Below are positions 27,690 through 36,917 of a stretch of DNA of 64,000 bases, in pieces. Below the pieces are notes generated by a model, which saw nothing but the letters and a program-made list of their open reading frames with translations, did no database searches and was not told the origin of the DNA. The translations under genes and the position numbers were made by a program. Origin of the DNA: Vicinamibacteria bacterium (GTDB lineage: Bacteria; Acidobacteriota; Vicinamibacteria; Marinacidobacterales; Marinacidobacteraceae); contig OZ241322.1 of the NCBI GenBank assembly GCA_965199715.1, forward strand, positions 73,226-137,225, in the 5' to 3' direction. How positions within the stretch are numbered: position 1 is the first letter of the stretch; each line of letters opens with the position of its first letter.

Positions 27690-29540
27690 GTGCGCCGCGA
27701 CGAGTTCACCGCTTTCCTGCGGGAGCGCCCGCGGGTCGCCGACGGAGCGGTCGGGACCGCGCTCTACCGGGGCGGCGTGTCGGTGCGGCGCTGCTTCGAC
27801 GACCTGAACCGGTCCGATCCGGCCCGCGTCCACGCGATCCACGCGGGGCACCTGGCGGCGGGCGCCGAACTGGTCACCACGAACACCTTCGGCGCGAACC
27901 GCTTCAAGCTCCGCCGGCACGGCCTCGGTTCGGAAGTCGCCGCGATCAACGCCGCCGGGGTCGAGATCGCGCGCCGCGCGGCCGGCCGCAAGGCGCTCGT
28001 CTTCGGCTCGGTCGGCCCCACTGGCGAGAGCGTCGGCCCGTACGCGCCGCAGGCGCTGCGCGACGAGGTCCGCGAGGCGTTTCGGGAGCAGTGCGCGGCG
28101 CTCGCCGAAGCCGGCGTGGACGGGTTCCAGATCGAGACCTTCACGAGCCTCGCCGAGTGCCTTCTCGCGCTCGCCGCGGCGCGCGAAGCCGCGCCGGACC
28201 TCGCCGTCGTCGCGCTCATGACGTTTTCGGAGCAGGGGACCGCGGCCGCCGGCGAGACCCCGAAGGCGGTGACGGCCGCACTCGAGAGCGCCGGCGCGGA
28301 CGCGGTCGGCTCCAACTGCGGCCGCGGGCCGGCCACGACCTGCGACGCCCTCGAGGAGATGCGCGGCGCGACCGCGCTGCCGCTCGCCGCGCAGCCCAAC
28401 GCGGGCGTTCCGGAGCGGGTGGACGACCGGTTCCTCTATCCGTCCTCGCCGGACTACATGGCGCACTTCGCGAAGCGCTTCCTGCGGCTCGGGGCGCGGC
28501 TCATCGGCGGCTGCTGCGGCACCGGCGAGGAGCACTTGGGCGCGATCGCCGGTGCCGTCCGGGCGCTTTCCGCGTCGGGCCGGGCGATCCCGGCGGCGGC
28601 CGGAGCTGGGTCGCGCCGGGGCGGCGAGGCGAAGGAGCCGGTCCCGAGCCGGGATCGCTCGGGCCTCGGGGCGGCGCTCGCCGAGGGGCGGTTCGCGGTC
28701 TCGGTGGAGTTCGACCCGCCCCGCGGCGCGAACGCGGCGCCGCTCTTGAAGAAGGCGCGGTCGCTCGCCGCCGCCGGCGTGCGATTCGCGAACGTGGCGG
28801 ACGGACCCCGCGCCAGCGCCCGGATGAGCGCGATCGCGTTCGCCGCGCTGCTCGAGCGGGAGGGGGCGCTCGAGACGATCCTCCACTACCAGTGCCGCGA
28901 CCGGAACCTGATCGGGATCCAGGCGGATCTGCTCGGGGCGCACGCGCTCGGGCTGCGCAACGTGCTGGCGGTGACCGGCGATCCGCCGAAGCTCGGCGAC
29001 TACCCGCACGCCACCCCGGTCTTCGATCTCGATTCGGTGGGGCTCGTGCGCATCCTCTCGTCGCTCAACCGGGCGCTCGACCTCGCCGGAAATCCCGTCG
29101 GCGCGCCGCTGCCGTTCCTCGCCGGCGTGGGCGCGAACCCGGCGGCGGTGGACCTCGAGGCGGAAGTCGGGAAGTTCCGCCGCAAGGTGGAGGCGGGAGC
29201 GAGCTACGGCCTCACCCAGCCGGTGTACGAGCCGCGGGTCCTCGAGCGCTTCCTCGAGGCGATCCGGGACTCTCGGGTTCCCATCCTCGTGGGGGTGCTG
29301 CCGCTCGTGAGCTCGCGCAACGCCGAGTTCCTCCACAACGAGGTGCCCGGGATGACGGTGCCGCAGCCGGTGCGCGAGCGCATGGCGCGGGCGCCGGACG
29401 CCGAGGCGGCGCGGTCCGTCGGGGTCGAGGTGGCGCGGGAGATGGTGGCCGTCTCGCGCGACCTGGCCGAGGGGGTGTACGTGATGCCGCCGTTCAACCG
29501 GTTCGAGCTGGCGATCCGGGCGGTGCGGGGGTTCGTCTGA
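27690..29540 (+). CDS. metF: Bifunctional homocysteine S-methyltransferase / 5,10-methylenetetrahydrofolate reductase
   Basis: N-terminal Hcy-binding domain ('DGAVGTALY', 'GGCCGTGEEH') fused to an MTHFR domain ('SVEFDPPRG', 'ILHYQCRDRN', 'LAVTGDPP'). GTG start at 27690. Confidence 0.85.
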   Translation: MRRDEFTAFLRERPRVADGAVGTALYRGGVSVRRCFDDLNRSDPARVHAIHAGHLAAGAELVTTNTFGANRFKLRRHGLGSEVAAINAAGVEIARRAAGRKALVFGSVGPTGESVGPYAPQALRDEVREAFREQCAALAEAGVDGFQIETFTSLAECLLALAAAREAAPDLAVVALMTFSEQGTAAAGETPKAVTAALESAGADAVGSNCGRGPATTCDALEEMRGATALPLAAQPNAGVPERVDDRFLYPSSPDYMAHFAKRFLRLGARLIGGCCGTGEEHLGAIAGAVRALSASGRAIPAAAGAGSRRGGEAKEPVPSRDRSGLGAALAEGRFAVSVEFDPPRGANAAPLLKKARSLAAAGVRFANVADGPRASARMSAIAFAALLEREGALETILHYQCRDRNLIGIQADLLGAHALGLRNVLAVTGDPPKLGDYPHATPVFDLDSVGLVRILSSLNRALDLAGNPVGAPLPFLAGVGANPAAVDLEAEVGKFRRKVEAGASYGLTQPVYEPRVLERFLEAIRDSRVPILVGVLPLVSSRNAEFLHNEVPGMTVPQPVRERMARAPDAEAARSVGVEVAREMVAVSRDLAEGVYVMPPFNRFELAIRAVRGFV

Positions 29541-29556
29541 TCGGGAAGGTGGGAGA

Positions 29557-30507
29557 ATGCGGGGCATGAGGCTCGGCGCCGCCGCGATCCTGCTGGCGCT
29601 TCCGGCCGCGGCTCAGGAGATCCCGCGCTTCGAGGCGGGGGTCGATCTCGTCTCGGTGCCGGTCGCGGTCACGGATCGCGACGGGGACTTCGTCACCGGA
29701 CTGACGGCGGCGGATTTCCGCGTCTTCGAGGATGGAGTCGAGCAGGAGATCCTGATCTTCGGCGCCGGGCTCGACGAGTCGTGGGTCGAGCTGCCCCCGG
29801 AAGCGAAGGAGGACACGCCCGGCCGCAACGTCATCGGCCTGCTCCTCGACTCGTCGGGCAGCATGGAGAAGGACATGAGCCTGCTCCACGAGGCGGCGAT
29901 CAAGTTCCTGACCAACATTCCGCCCGCAGAGCATCTCTTCGTCATCAGCTTCGACGAGAACATCCGGCTTTCCGAGTATTCGTCGGACGACCAGCGGACC
30001 ATCGCGAACCGCATCTACGACATCGAGGCCGACGGTTGGACCGCGCTCTACGACTCGGTGGCGACGTTCCTCGACCGCGTCTGGGACTACGAGGGACGCA
30101 AGACGCTCGCGGTGTTCAGCGACGGAGCCGACTCGCGCTCGGCGCTCAGCTTCGGCGAGGCCATGGACCTCGTCAAGCTCGGCGACACCACCATCCACAC
30201 GATCCAGTTCGGCGACCGGGCGCGCGCCCGGGACCTCTTTCACAACTCGCGCTTCCTGCGGGCCATCGCCGAGGAGACCGGCGGCTCGCACGCGGTGGCG
30301 TCCTCGCTCGACCAGATCGACGAGCTCTACGACCGCATCCTCGACGAGCTCCACAGCCAGTACGCCATCGGCTACGTGTCCAGCAACCTGAAGCGCGAGG
30401 GCCGCTACCGGGACATCGAGGTGCGCGTCGTCGCCGACGGGCTGGACGACCCGAAGGTGCGGGCGCGCCGGGGGTACTACGGCCCGATGGACCCGCCGAG
30501 CCCCTGA
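29557..30507 (+). CDS. Secreted von Willebrand factor A (VWA) domain protein
   Basis: Signal peptide; 'IGLLLDSSGSMEKDM' MIDAS DxSxS motif; '...TALYDSVATFL...LAVFSDGADS'. Confidence 0.8.
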   Translation: MRGMRLGAAAILLALPAAAQEIPRFEAGVDLVSVPVAVTDRDGDFVTGLTAADFRVFEDGVEQEILIFGAGLDESWVELPPEAKEDTPGRNVIGLLLDSSGSMEKDMSLLHEAAIKFLTNIPPAEHLFVISFDENIRLSEYSSDDQRTIANRIYDIEADGWTALYDSVATFLDRVWDYEGRKTLAVFSDGADSRSALSFGEAMDLVKLGDTTIHTIQFGDRARARDLFHNSRFLRAIAEETGGSHAVASSLDQIDELYDRILDELHSQYAIGYVSSNLKREGRYRDIEVRVVADGLDDPKVRARRGYYGPMDPPSP

Positions 30508-31107
30508 CCGGGCGCCGCGAGCCGGCGAAGCAACTCCCGCACTTCGCCCAGGCGTTCGTGGTCGAGGTTCCAGAGCGCCTTCTTCGCCGCCACCCCGACG
30601 GACGCCTGGGGAGCGGAGGTCGTCGCGAGGAAGGCTCGCGACCGCGCCTTCGCCGTGGGCGCGACGAGCCGTCCACTCGGGCGACGCAGTCGAAGAACTC
30701 GTCGATGCACGGCGTGATGGGACGTTTTCCTCAAGGCTCTGCAATCGAGGCTCGAGCGCCTTCAGCGAGTGAAGAAGCAAACCCTCGCGCTTCCGCCTGC
30801 GCAGCACGGAGAGCCGATTCGCGTCTTCCGTAGCATTTCGATTGGCCGCCGACAGGAACGCGCCCCGAAACTGCGTTGCCTCGGGACAGTCCATCGACAG
30901 TTTGCCGTCCTTCCCGAATCGCCGGGTCGGCTCCCGTCTGGAATTCTGCTCATGGGACAGCGAAAGGGTTGGCAACCGGACGGTCTCGGCTTGCGTCGCG
31001 ATCGCGGCGGGTGCGCGGTTGCACCCATTGCCATTGGCTTCTGATTGGTCCCCACGGACCGGGACAGCGAGTGATCCGTCCTCGCGGTCAACGCGAATGG
31101 TCAGCGC

Positions 31108-31536
31108 CTAGGAACCGTGATCTCGATGCTGGCCGCCAAGCTTGATCGACCGTTTCAGGTCGAGCTGTGAGAAGAGGGGCTTCCAGATCGTGTTCTGGAT
31201 CGCATCGGGCGATCCCGCGAAATCCACGACGCCGCGGAATCCGGTAACCCGCATGATCAGCCCGGCGTGTCCAGCGCCGGCCAACAGGAAGAGCGCTTCG
31301 AGCAAGGAGGTCTTCCCGACGCTGTTTCCCCCGGCGAACAGATTGATTGGGCCGAGACGGGAGATGTGGAGATCTTCCAGCCCCGGAAATTGCGGATTCG
31401 CCGTTGCTCGAACATGGGTTGCTCCACTCTGACGGGGCCCTGAACGGACGGAACCGCCCGCCCCGGTCCACGTCGCGTCGAACTGTACGTCGCCCCGACC
31501 GATACGCCGCCCAGGTAGCCTACGCTTCCCCGCCAT
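31108..31536 (-). pseudogene. Truncated AAA/P-loop ATPase N-terminal fragment (OLD/AAA_15/AAA_21-type, defense-system-like)
   Basis: 'LEDLHISRLGPINLFAGGNSVGKTSLLEALFLL' is the N-terminal Walker-A region typical of OLD-family/abortive-infection ATPases. The ORF stops after about 90 homologous residues with no Walker B or ATPase core. Lower-GC context. Confidence 0.5.
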
Positions 31537-32557
31537 GCAGAAGCTCGCCGCCGCGCTCCTCCTCGGCGCCCTCGCCGCGCCCGCCGCCGGCCAGCCGGAA
31601 TTCCACGACGTCCACTTCCATGCGACGGACTACATCCAGCGCCAGATCGATTTACGGGACTTCCTCGGGATGATGGGCGATCGGGTGGGCCGTTCCACCG
31701 TCATGCCCATCCCGCTCCAGCAGAAGTGGGATCCGCACGTCTCGGGGGACCGCGCCCCCGACTACTACCTGCGCACCGACGCGCCGCTGTACTACTACTC
31801 GTTCGTGGACGCCATGGTCGCCGAGGCGGTGCTCGCGCTCCCCGAAGCGGACCGCGCCCGGCTGGACCCGATGATCACCGGCTTCAACCCCACCGACATG
31901 TACGCGGCGGACCACATCGAGCGCGCGCTTCGCATGTACCCCGGAGTGTTCAGCGGAATCGGCGAGTTCTCCATCCACAAGGAAGTCGTGACTCCCAAGA
32001 CGCTCGGCCACGCGGCGAGCCTCCGCAACCCGGCGCTCGACCGGATCCTCGAGTTCGCCGCCGAGTCCGGCCTGCTCGCGCTCGTCCACAACGACGCGGA
32101 CGTCATCCTGCCGCACGCGGACGCCCATCCGGCGCACTTCGACGCCTTCCTCGAGCTCGTCGCCGACCACCCGGACGCGACCATTGTTTGGGCGCACTCC
32201 GGGCTCGGGCGCTTCGTCGAGCCGACGGACGGATACGTGGACCTGCTGGAGGACGTGCTGGAGGACGACCGCTACGCCCATCTGCACCTCGATCTCTCGT
32301 GGGACGTCGTCGCGGAGCAGATCGCCGACGACCCGGCGTGGGCCGATCTCGTCGAGCGCTTTCCGACGCGGTTCCTGCTGGGTTCCGACGCCGTGACTCC
32401 CCGGGACGAGGCCGCCTACCTGCGGAACCTGGCCGTCTGGGAGCCGCTCCTCGACCGGCTCGGCGCGGACGCCGGCGAGGCGCTGCGCCTGCGGAACTAC
32501 GAGCGCCTCTTCGATGAGGCCCGCCGGCGGGTGCGGGCGTTCGAGGCGTCCCGATAA
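31535..32557 (+). CDS. Secreted amidohydrolase-family (metal-dependent TIM-barrel hydrolase) protein
   Basis: Signal peptide 'MQKLAAALLLGALAAPAAG'. 'FHDVHFHATDY' (HxH metal motif), 'ALVHNDADV', 'IVWAHSGLG', 'LLGSDAV' are typical amidohydrolase metal ligands. Confidence 0.75.
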   Translation: MQKLAAALLLGALAAPAAGQPEFHDVHFHATDYIQRQIDLRDFLGMMGDRVGRSTVMPIPLQQKWDPHVSGDRAPDYYLRTDAPLYYYSFVDAMVAEAVLALPEADRARLDPMITGFNPTDMYAADHIERALRMYPGVFSGIGEFSIHKEVVTPKTLGHAASLRNPALDRILEFAAESGLLALVHNDADVILPHADAHPAHFDAFLELVADHPDATIVWAHSGLGRFVEPTDGYVDLLEDVLEDDRYAHLHLDLSWDVVAEQIADDPAWADLVERFPTRFLLGSDAVTPRDEAAYLRNLAVWEPLLDRLGADAGEALRLRNYERLFDEARRRVRAFEASR

Positions 32558-33036
32558 GCGGGCCCGGAGTCGGTCAGGGAGCCGTGACGCTGACATTGTC
32601 GCTCACGATGTAGGGCCCATTCCTCGCGGCCGTCGAATGGACGCAGGCGTAGTAGTCGTGGTCGATGAAGTTCGGGGGGGCTCCGGCCGTCCGTCTGCCT
32701 GAATCCGGTGGCGTTCCAGGTCGCGCTGAGACCGCCCTTGCCGGCCGCGCCCCAGTTGTCCTCGGTCTTCTTCCCGGTCGAATGGAGCTCCGCGCGGATC
32801 TCCTCGGCTTTCGTCTTGGTCAACGCCGCCGACGCGCTGATCGTAAAGTGGACGTCATGTTCCGTAGAGCTCGACCCAAGCTGCCCGGAGGAATTCCGAA
32901 GCGCGAGGCGGAGCGGCTCGAGAAAGGCTGTCCTGCCGGCGTTGTCGGGGCCGTCCAGGACGGTCATCTCGCCGAGGTCGCGCGCGACGCGTCGGATGGG
33001 CCGAAAGTTCTCGATCTCAATGCGGACGATGCGCAC
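32497..33036 (-). pseudogene. Truncated OLD-family/AAA_21-like ATPase N-terminal fragment
   Basis: 'MRIVRIEIENFRPIRRVARDLGEMTVLDGPDNAGRTAFLEPLRLAL' is the canonical N-terminus of OLD/ATP-dependent-endonuclease ATPases with a degenerate P-loop (GPDNAGRT). It decays into low-complexity sequence and overlaps the amidohydrolase 3' end by 60 nt. Confidence 0.45.
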
Positions 33037-33133
33037 GCGACGGACAACTCCCTTCGCCGCCGCGGTCGTGATTTCCTGCGTGGAGCGCAGCGAAAAGGGG
33101 GACGGGACATCGCTTCGATCTCGGCGGAAGCGA

Positions 33134-33171
33134 AAAAGGGAGCAGGCCCGCTCCTTGTGGAGCGGGCCTGC
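33134..33171 (-). terminator. Rho-independent terminator of the FN3 lipoprotein gene
   Basis: Perfect 13-bp inverted repeat GCAGGCCCGCTCC-TTGT-GGAGCGGGCCTGC, followed on the minus strand by CCCTTTTTCG. About 20 nt downstream of the stop at 33191. Coordinates approximate to 1-2 nt. Confidence 0.7.
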
Positions 33172-33190
33172 TGGGGAGTCGGGAATCAGG

Positions 33191-35062
33191 TCAGGGCGTG
33201 GGGATCGCAGGAAGGCGTACGCCGTTGCTCAGCGTCCAAGCATCCAGGTCTTTGTTCTGGACGGGGGCAGCGCAGACGTAGTACGTGGCCGCGACAACTC
33301 GTCGGGTGACGTCTTGATCCCAGGTGGCCGTTGTCGCGGTCGGAGCAGTGGCGGTCTTCGGCGTCAAGCCATTGCCACCGCGGCAGGCTTCCAGTGGGTC
33401 GGGAGGATTTTCGTCGTCGTCCCTCACGACATACCTGCGAAACGCGTAGTTTGTGATCTCTTCGTCGGCGGCCTTCGGGAACGCCCAACTGTCGGCCGCG
33501 CGGCGGATGGTGAAACGAATGTTGCCGGCGTTGGCCCGGTCCGGGTCGTCGGAGGACTCTGAGACCCACCGGCCTCCACGGATCGAAACGATCGGCGCGG
33601 AAACGGTCTCGACCGGAATGTCAGAGAACTTCCAGTCGGAACGTCCGTTCTCATTCTGCGCTCGGTAACACAGGTAGTACTCGGAGTGCGGAGTGAGGGC
33701 TCCAGTAGTCGTGTACCGGTCAACAGTCGCTCCGCTCAGCGTGTCGGACGTCTGAGCTGCGTCGCACGTACCCTGATCGATCTTCCTCGGATCGATGTTG
33801 TCCGTCTTGATCGCCATTCGGTCCACGAGATACCGGAACTCGTACTCGATGGCGGCGACGTCGGACATCTCGACGTCCCAGGAGATGGTGTCGGTAACGC
33901 CGTCAGCGTTGATCGAATTCGGCATCCCTCCCGCCAACGTAGTTGGGGCAGGCGCTCCCCACGACCACGAGGGGTCGCCGAACTGTCGCTCGCCGGAGGA
34001 GTCCGTCCAAGTCGCCCGAACGCAAAGGACGCGAGCGTGTCCATCGGGACCGTTGTAGGCCTGCGTGAAGGAGTTTCCGAAGCCAAGGTCATTGTCTCGC
34101 CACTGAATGGATCTGTCGTCGCATGGCGCGTCCAGATCGAGCACTCTCGCGGACAGCTTCGTCTGATAGTCCACGTCAGCGCCAGCCTGGTCCCAGCGCC
34201 ACGTCACGTTGTTTGCGTCGCTGCGCCAGGTGACGTTCAGGGCGCCGGAGCCGGTCACCGGGCCGGGCCTGGGGCCGCCAGAGCCGCTCAGCGTGGTCGC
34301 TTCGGCGGTGTCGCTCCACTCGCTCGCGGCCATCGTCTCGTCGTCCTCGTCGGGAACGGCGCGCACTCGGAACTCATACTCGGTGTCGGCCTCGAGGCCG
34401 GTCACCGTGCATTCCGGATCGTCCACGTCGTCCACGTCGCAGTCCACGTCGTCCCAGTCGCCTGTCCCGATGCGGGCCTGGACCTCGTAGCTCTCGGCGT
34501 CGTCCACGGCGTCCCACGCGAGATCCACGGTGGTCTCTCCCGGGTCGCTGGTCTCGAGGTCGTCGGGCGTGTCGAGAGCGACCGCCGGAGGCGTGCCCGC
34601 GACGCCGCGCACCGACTCCGTCCAGTCGCTGAACTGGGGATCGGCGACGGTTCCCACGAGGGATCGCACCCGGGCGTGGGCCACGGCGTCCTTGGCGAGG
34701 TTGCTCAGCCGGAATTTCGGCACGGTCACGACGGTGAAGTTCTCTCCGCCCACGAACGCCGCGCCGACGCTGTACTCGACGAAGTAGCCGCTGACGTCCT
34801 TGACCGCGGTCCACGTCCACTCGACGTAGCCGGACCCGGACTGGGCCGCGAGGTCGGTCGGAACGGCGATGGCTTCGGGCTCGGGCTCGGGCTCGGGCGC
34901 CGGTTCGGGAGCCGGAGCTGGAGCGGGGGTCGGAGCTGGAGCGGGGGTCGGAGTGGGCTTGTCGTCCCCGCAGCCGGCGGTGAGCAGCCCGAGGCCAGCG
35001 ATCAAGCCGAGCGACAGGACCCAGAAGCGCCAGGAGCGGCGTCCGCGCGTGGAATTCAGCAT
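33191..35062 (-). CDS. Acidic lipoprotein with Pro/Thr-rich linker and multiple fibronectin type III domains
   Basis: 'MLNSTRGRRSWRFWVLSLGLIAGLGLLTAGC' (lipobox), a PTPAPAPEPEP linker, and repeated FN3-like units ('SGYFVEYSVGAAF..', 'ESYEVQARIGTGDWDDVD...TVTGLEADTEYEFRVRAV'). Strong GGAGGA SD. Lower GC (~60%). Confidence 0.75.
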   Translation of the reverse strand: MLNSTRGRRSWRFWVLSLGLIAGLGLLTAGCGDDKPTPTPAPAPTPAPAPAPEPAPEPEPEPEAIAVPTDLAAQSGSGYVEWTWTAVKDVSGYFVEYSVGAAFVGGENFTVVTVPKFRLSNLAKDAVAHARVRSLVGTVADPQFSDWTESVRGVAGTPPAVALDTPDDLETSDPGETTVDLAWDAVDDAESYEVQARIGTGDWDDVDCDVDDVDDPECTVTGLEADTEYEFRVRAVPDEDDETMAASEWSDTAEATTLSGSGGPRPGPVTGSGALNVTWRSDANNVTWRWDQAGADVDYQTKLSARVLDLDAPCDDRSIQWRDNDLGFGNSFTQAYNGPDGHARVLCVRATWTDSSGERQFGDPSWSWGAPAPTTLAGGMPNSINADGVTDTISWDVEMSDVAAIEYEFRYLVDRMAIKTDNIDPRKIDQGTCDAAQTSDTLSGATVDRYTTTGALTPHSEYYLCYRAQNENGRSDWKFSDIPVETVSAPIVSIRGGRWVSESSDDPDRANAGNIRFTIRRAADSWAFPKAADEEITNYAFRRYVVRDDDENPPDPLEACRGGNGLTPKTATAPTATTATWDQDVTRRVVAATYYVCAAPVQNKDLDAWTLSNGVRLPAIPTP

Positions 35063-35177
35063 GTCAGGTTCCTCCGATATGCACAACTCGTGGGGCAAGT
35101 AACGTGCCCAAGTTACAAGGGCAGCGCAACCATAACAGAAGCGAAACCGGATGAAAAGCGCAACCGGCGCGGCGGCG

Positions 35178-35795
35178 TCAGGGGAGCCGCCGCGCCGCCA
35201 GCGCGACGAGCCCCGCCCCGACGAGGAGCGCGGCGCCGATCCGGTTCGCGGTCCGGCGCGACTCCGGGCTCGCGAGCCGTCCCCGCAATCCCGAGGCCAG
35301 CAGGATCCATCCCACGACCGCGATCCCCCCGAGAACCACGAACGTGGCTTCGAGGATTGCGAACTGTAGCGGCAACGGGCGCTCCGGCTCCACGAATTGC
35401 GGCAGGACCGCCATGAAGAAGACGATGCTCCTCGGGTTGATCGCGGTCACCACGAACGAGTCGAGGAACATGGCGCGCCCGGAGCCCGACCGCGCCTCGC
35501 CGCTCGCGTCCGGCTCGCTGCGCCAGCGGCGGACGCCGAGGACGATCAGGTACGCGCCGCCCGCCACGGCGAGCGTCCGGAAGAGCGCGTCCGAGAGATG
35601 CAGCGCCGCCGCCACGGCGGCGAGCGAGGCGGTCATCGCCACCACGTCGCCGAGCACCACGCCGGGCACGGTGAACCGCCCCGAACTCCGGCCGCTTCCG
35701 AGCGCGTAGCCGATCACCACGAGGATCGTCGGGCCGGGGACCATCATGAACGCCGTCGTGGCGGCGACCCACGCGAACCAGAGTTCGGGGGCCAA
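35178..35795 (-). CDS. LysE/RhtB-family amino-acid exporter
   Basis: Six-TM protein with 'MMVPGPTILVVIGYALGSG' and 'FVVTAINPRSIVFFMAVLPQF', typical of LysE/RhtB translocators. Confidence 0.8.
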   Translation of the reverse strand: MAPELWFAWVAATTAFMMVPGPTILVVIGYALGSGRSSGRFTVPGVVLGDVVAMTASLAAVAAALHLSDALFRTLAVAGGAYLIVLGVRRWRSEPDASGEARSGSGRAMFLDSFVVTAINPRSIVFFMAVLPQFVEPERPLPLQFAILEATFVVLGGIAVVGWILLASGLRGRLASPESRRTANRIGAALLVGAGLVALAARRLP

Positions 35796-35801
35796 GCGCG
35801 G

Positions 35802-36917
35802 TCAGGGAGTCGCGGCGGAGAGGCCGAAGACCGCGCCGTCCTGCGTGCCCACGACCAGGAACCCGTCCGTGACCGCCGGCGACCCCATGATCGCCGCCCC
35901 GAGGTGGTGCTCGGCGACCGGCGCGCCGGTCTCGAGGTCGAGCACGTGGAGGCGCCCGTCGGCGTTGCCGACGTACGCGCGGTCGCCCGCGATCGCGGGC
36001 GAGGAGTCGAACCGCGCGCCGCCGCGGAAGGTCCAGCGGGCCTCCCCCGACGCGCGGTCGAGCGCGTGGACGAGCTTGTCGCGTCCGGCGACGATCACGA
36101 GGTCGCCGCGGACCGCGGCCGAGGCGTAGAACGGGAAGTGGCGCTGCGGATGCTCGTAGGACCACCGCGGCGCCCCGGCGTCCAGATCCACCGCGAGCAC
36201 CTGGTTGTCGAACGTTCCGTAGAACGCGATCCCCGACGCGATCGCCGCCGAAGCCGCGGTGTAGCCGCCCGAGTCGAACCGGAACGCCTCGGCGCCGGTC
36301 GATAGCCGCACCCCCCGCAGGAACCCGTCGCAGCCGCTGATGTAGGCGATCCCGTCCCGGATCGCGGCGGTCGCGTGCACCGGCCCCTCGGTCTCGACCG
36401 AAAAGCGCAGCGCCCCGGTCTTCCGGTCGAGTGCGTAGAACTTCTGGTCGTAGCTGCCGATGAGCACGAGATCGCCCGACACCACCGGCGAGGCCTTGAT
36501 CTCGGCCCCGGTCGCGAAGGTCCAGCGCGGCTCGCCCGTCTCCGCGTCGAGGGCGTGGACGACGCCGAGGAGGTCCCCGATATACAGCAGCCCGCCCGCG
36601 ACCGCGGGGGAGGACTCCCCGAAGAGATCGTCCTCGCCGTCGGGGTCGGCGGACGGTTGGAAGCGCCAGCGCTCGGCGCCGGTCGCGAGGTCGAGCCGGA
36701 CCACGACGTCGGGAAGCGCCGAGACATAGACCGCGCCATCGACGACGGCGGGGGAGGACTCGACCGAGAACCCGAGCGGAGCGGTCCAGCGCACGTCGAG
36801 GTCGTCGGGAAGCGCCTCGGCGGCGACCCCGGTGAGGCCGGCGTCGCGGCGGAACTGCGGCCAGTCTCCGGCGGAGGCGGAGCCGGCGGCGAGGGCGAGG
36901 AGGAGGGTCAGGCGCAT
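35802..36917 (-). CDS. Secreted PQQ-like 8-bladed beta-propeller repeat protein (BamB-like fold), paralog 1
   Basis: Signal peptide plus 'DWPQFRRDAGLTG', then repeated 'G.VYVG..DG.L.ALD..TGE..W' blades. Start taken from the ORF track (M at codon 205). Confidence 0.8.
   Translation of the reverse strand: MRLTLLLALAAGSASAGDWPQFRRDAGLTGVAAEALPDDLDVRWTAPLGFSVESSPAVVDGAVYVSALPDVVVRLDLATGAERWRFQPSADPDGEDDLFGESSPAVAGGLLYIGDLLGVVHALDAETGEPRWTFATGAEIKASPVVSGDLVLIGSYDQKFYALDRKTGALRFSVETEGPVHATAAIRDGIAYISGCDGFLRGVRLSTGAEAFRFDSGGYTAASAAIASGIAFYGTFDNQVLAVDLDAGAPRWSYEHPQRHFPFYASAAVRGDLVIVAGRDKLVHALDRASGEARWTFRGGARFDSSPAIAGDRAYVGNADGRLHVLDLETGAPVAEHHLGAAIMGSPAVTDGFLVVGTQDGAVFGLSAATP

Noticed and set aside
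27665-29569. 634-aa plus ORF overlapping the metF fusion in another frame
   Set aside because: R/G/P-rich. The 27690 frame has clear Hcy-binding and MTHFR motifs.
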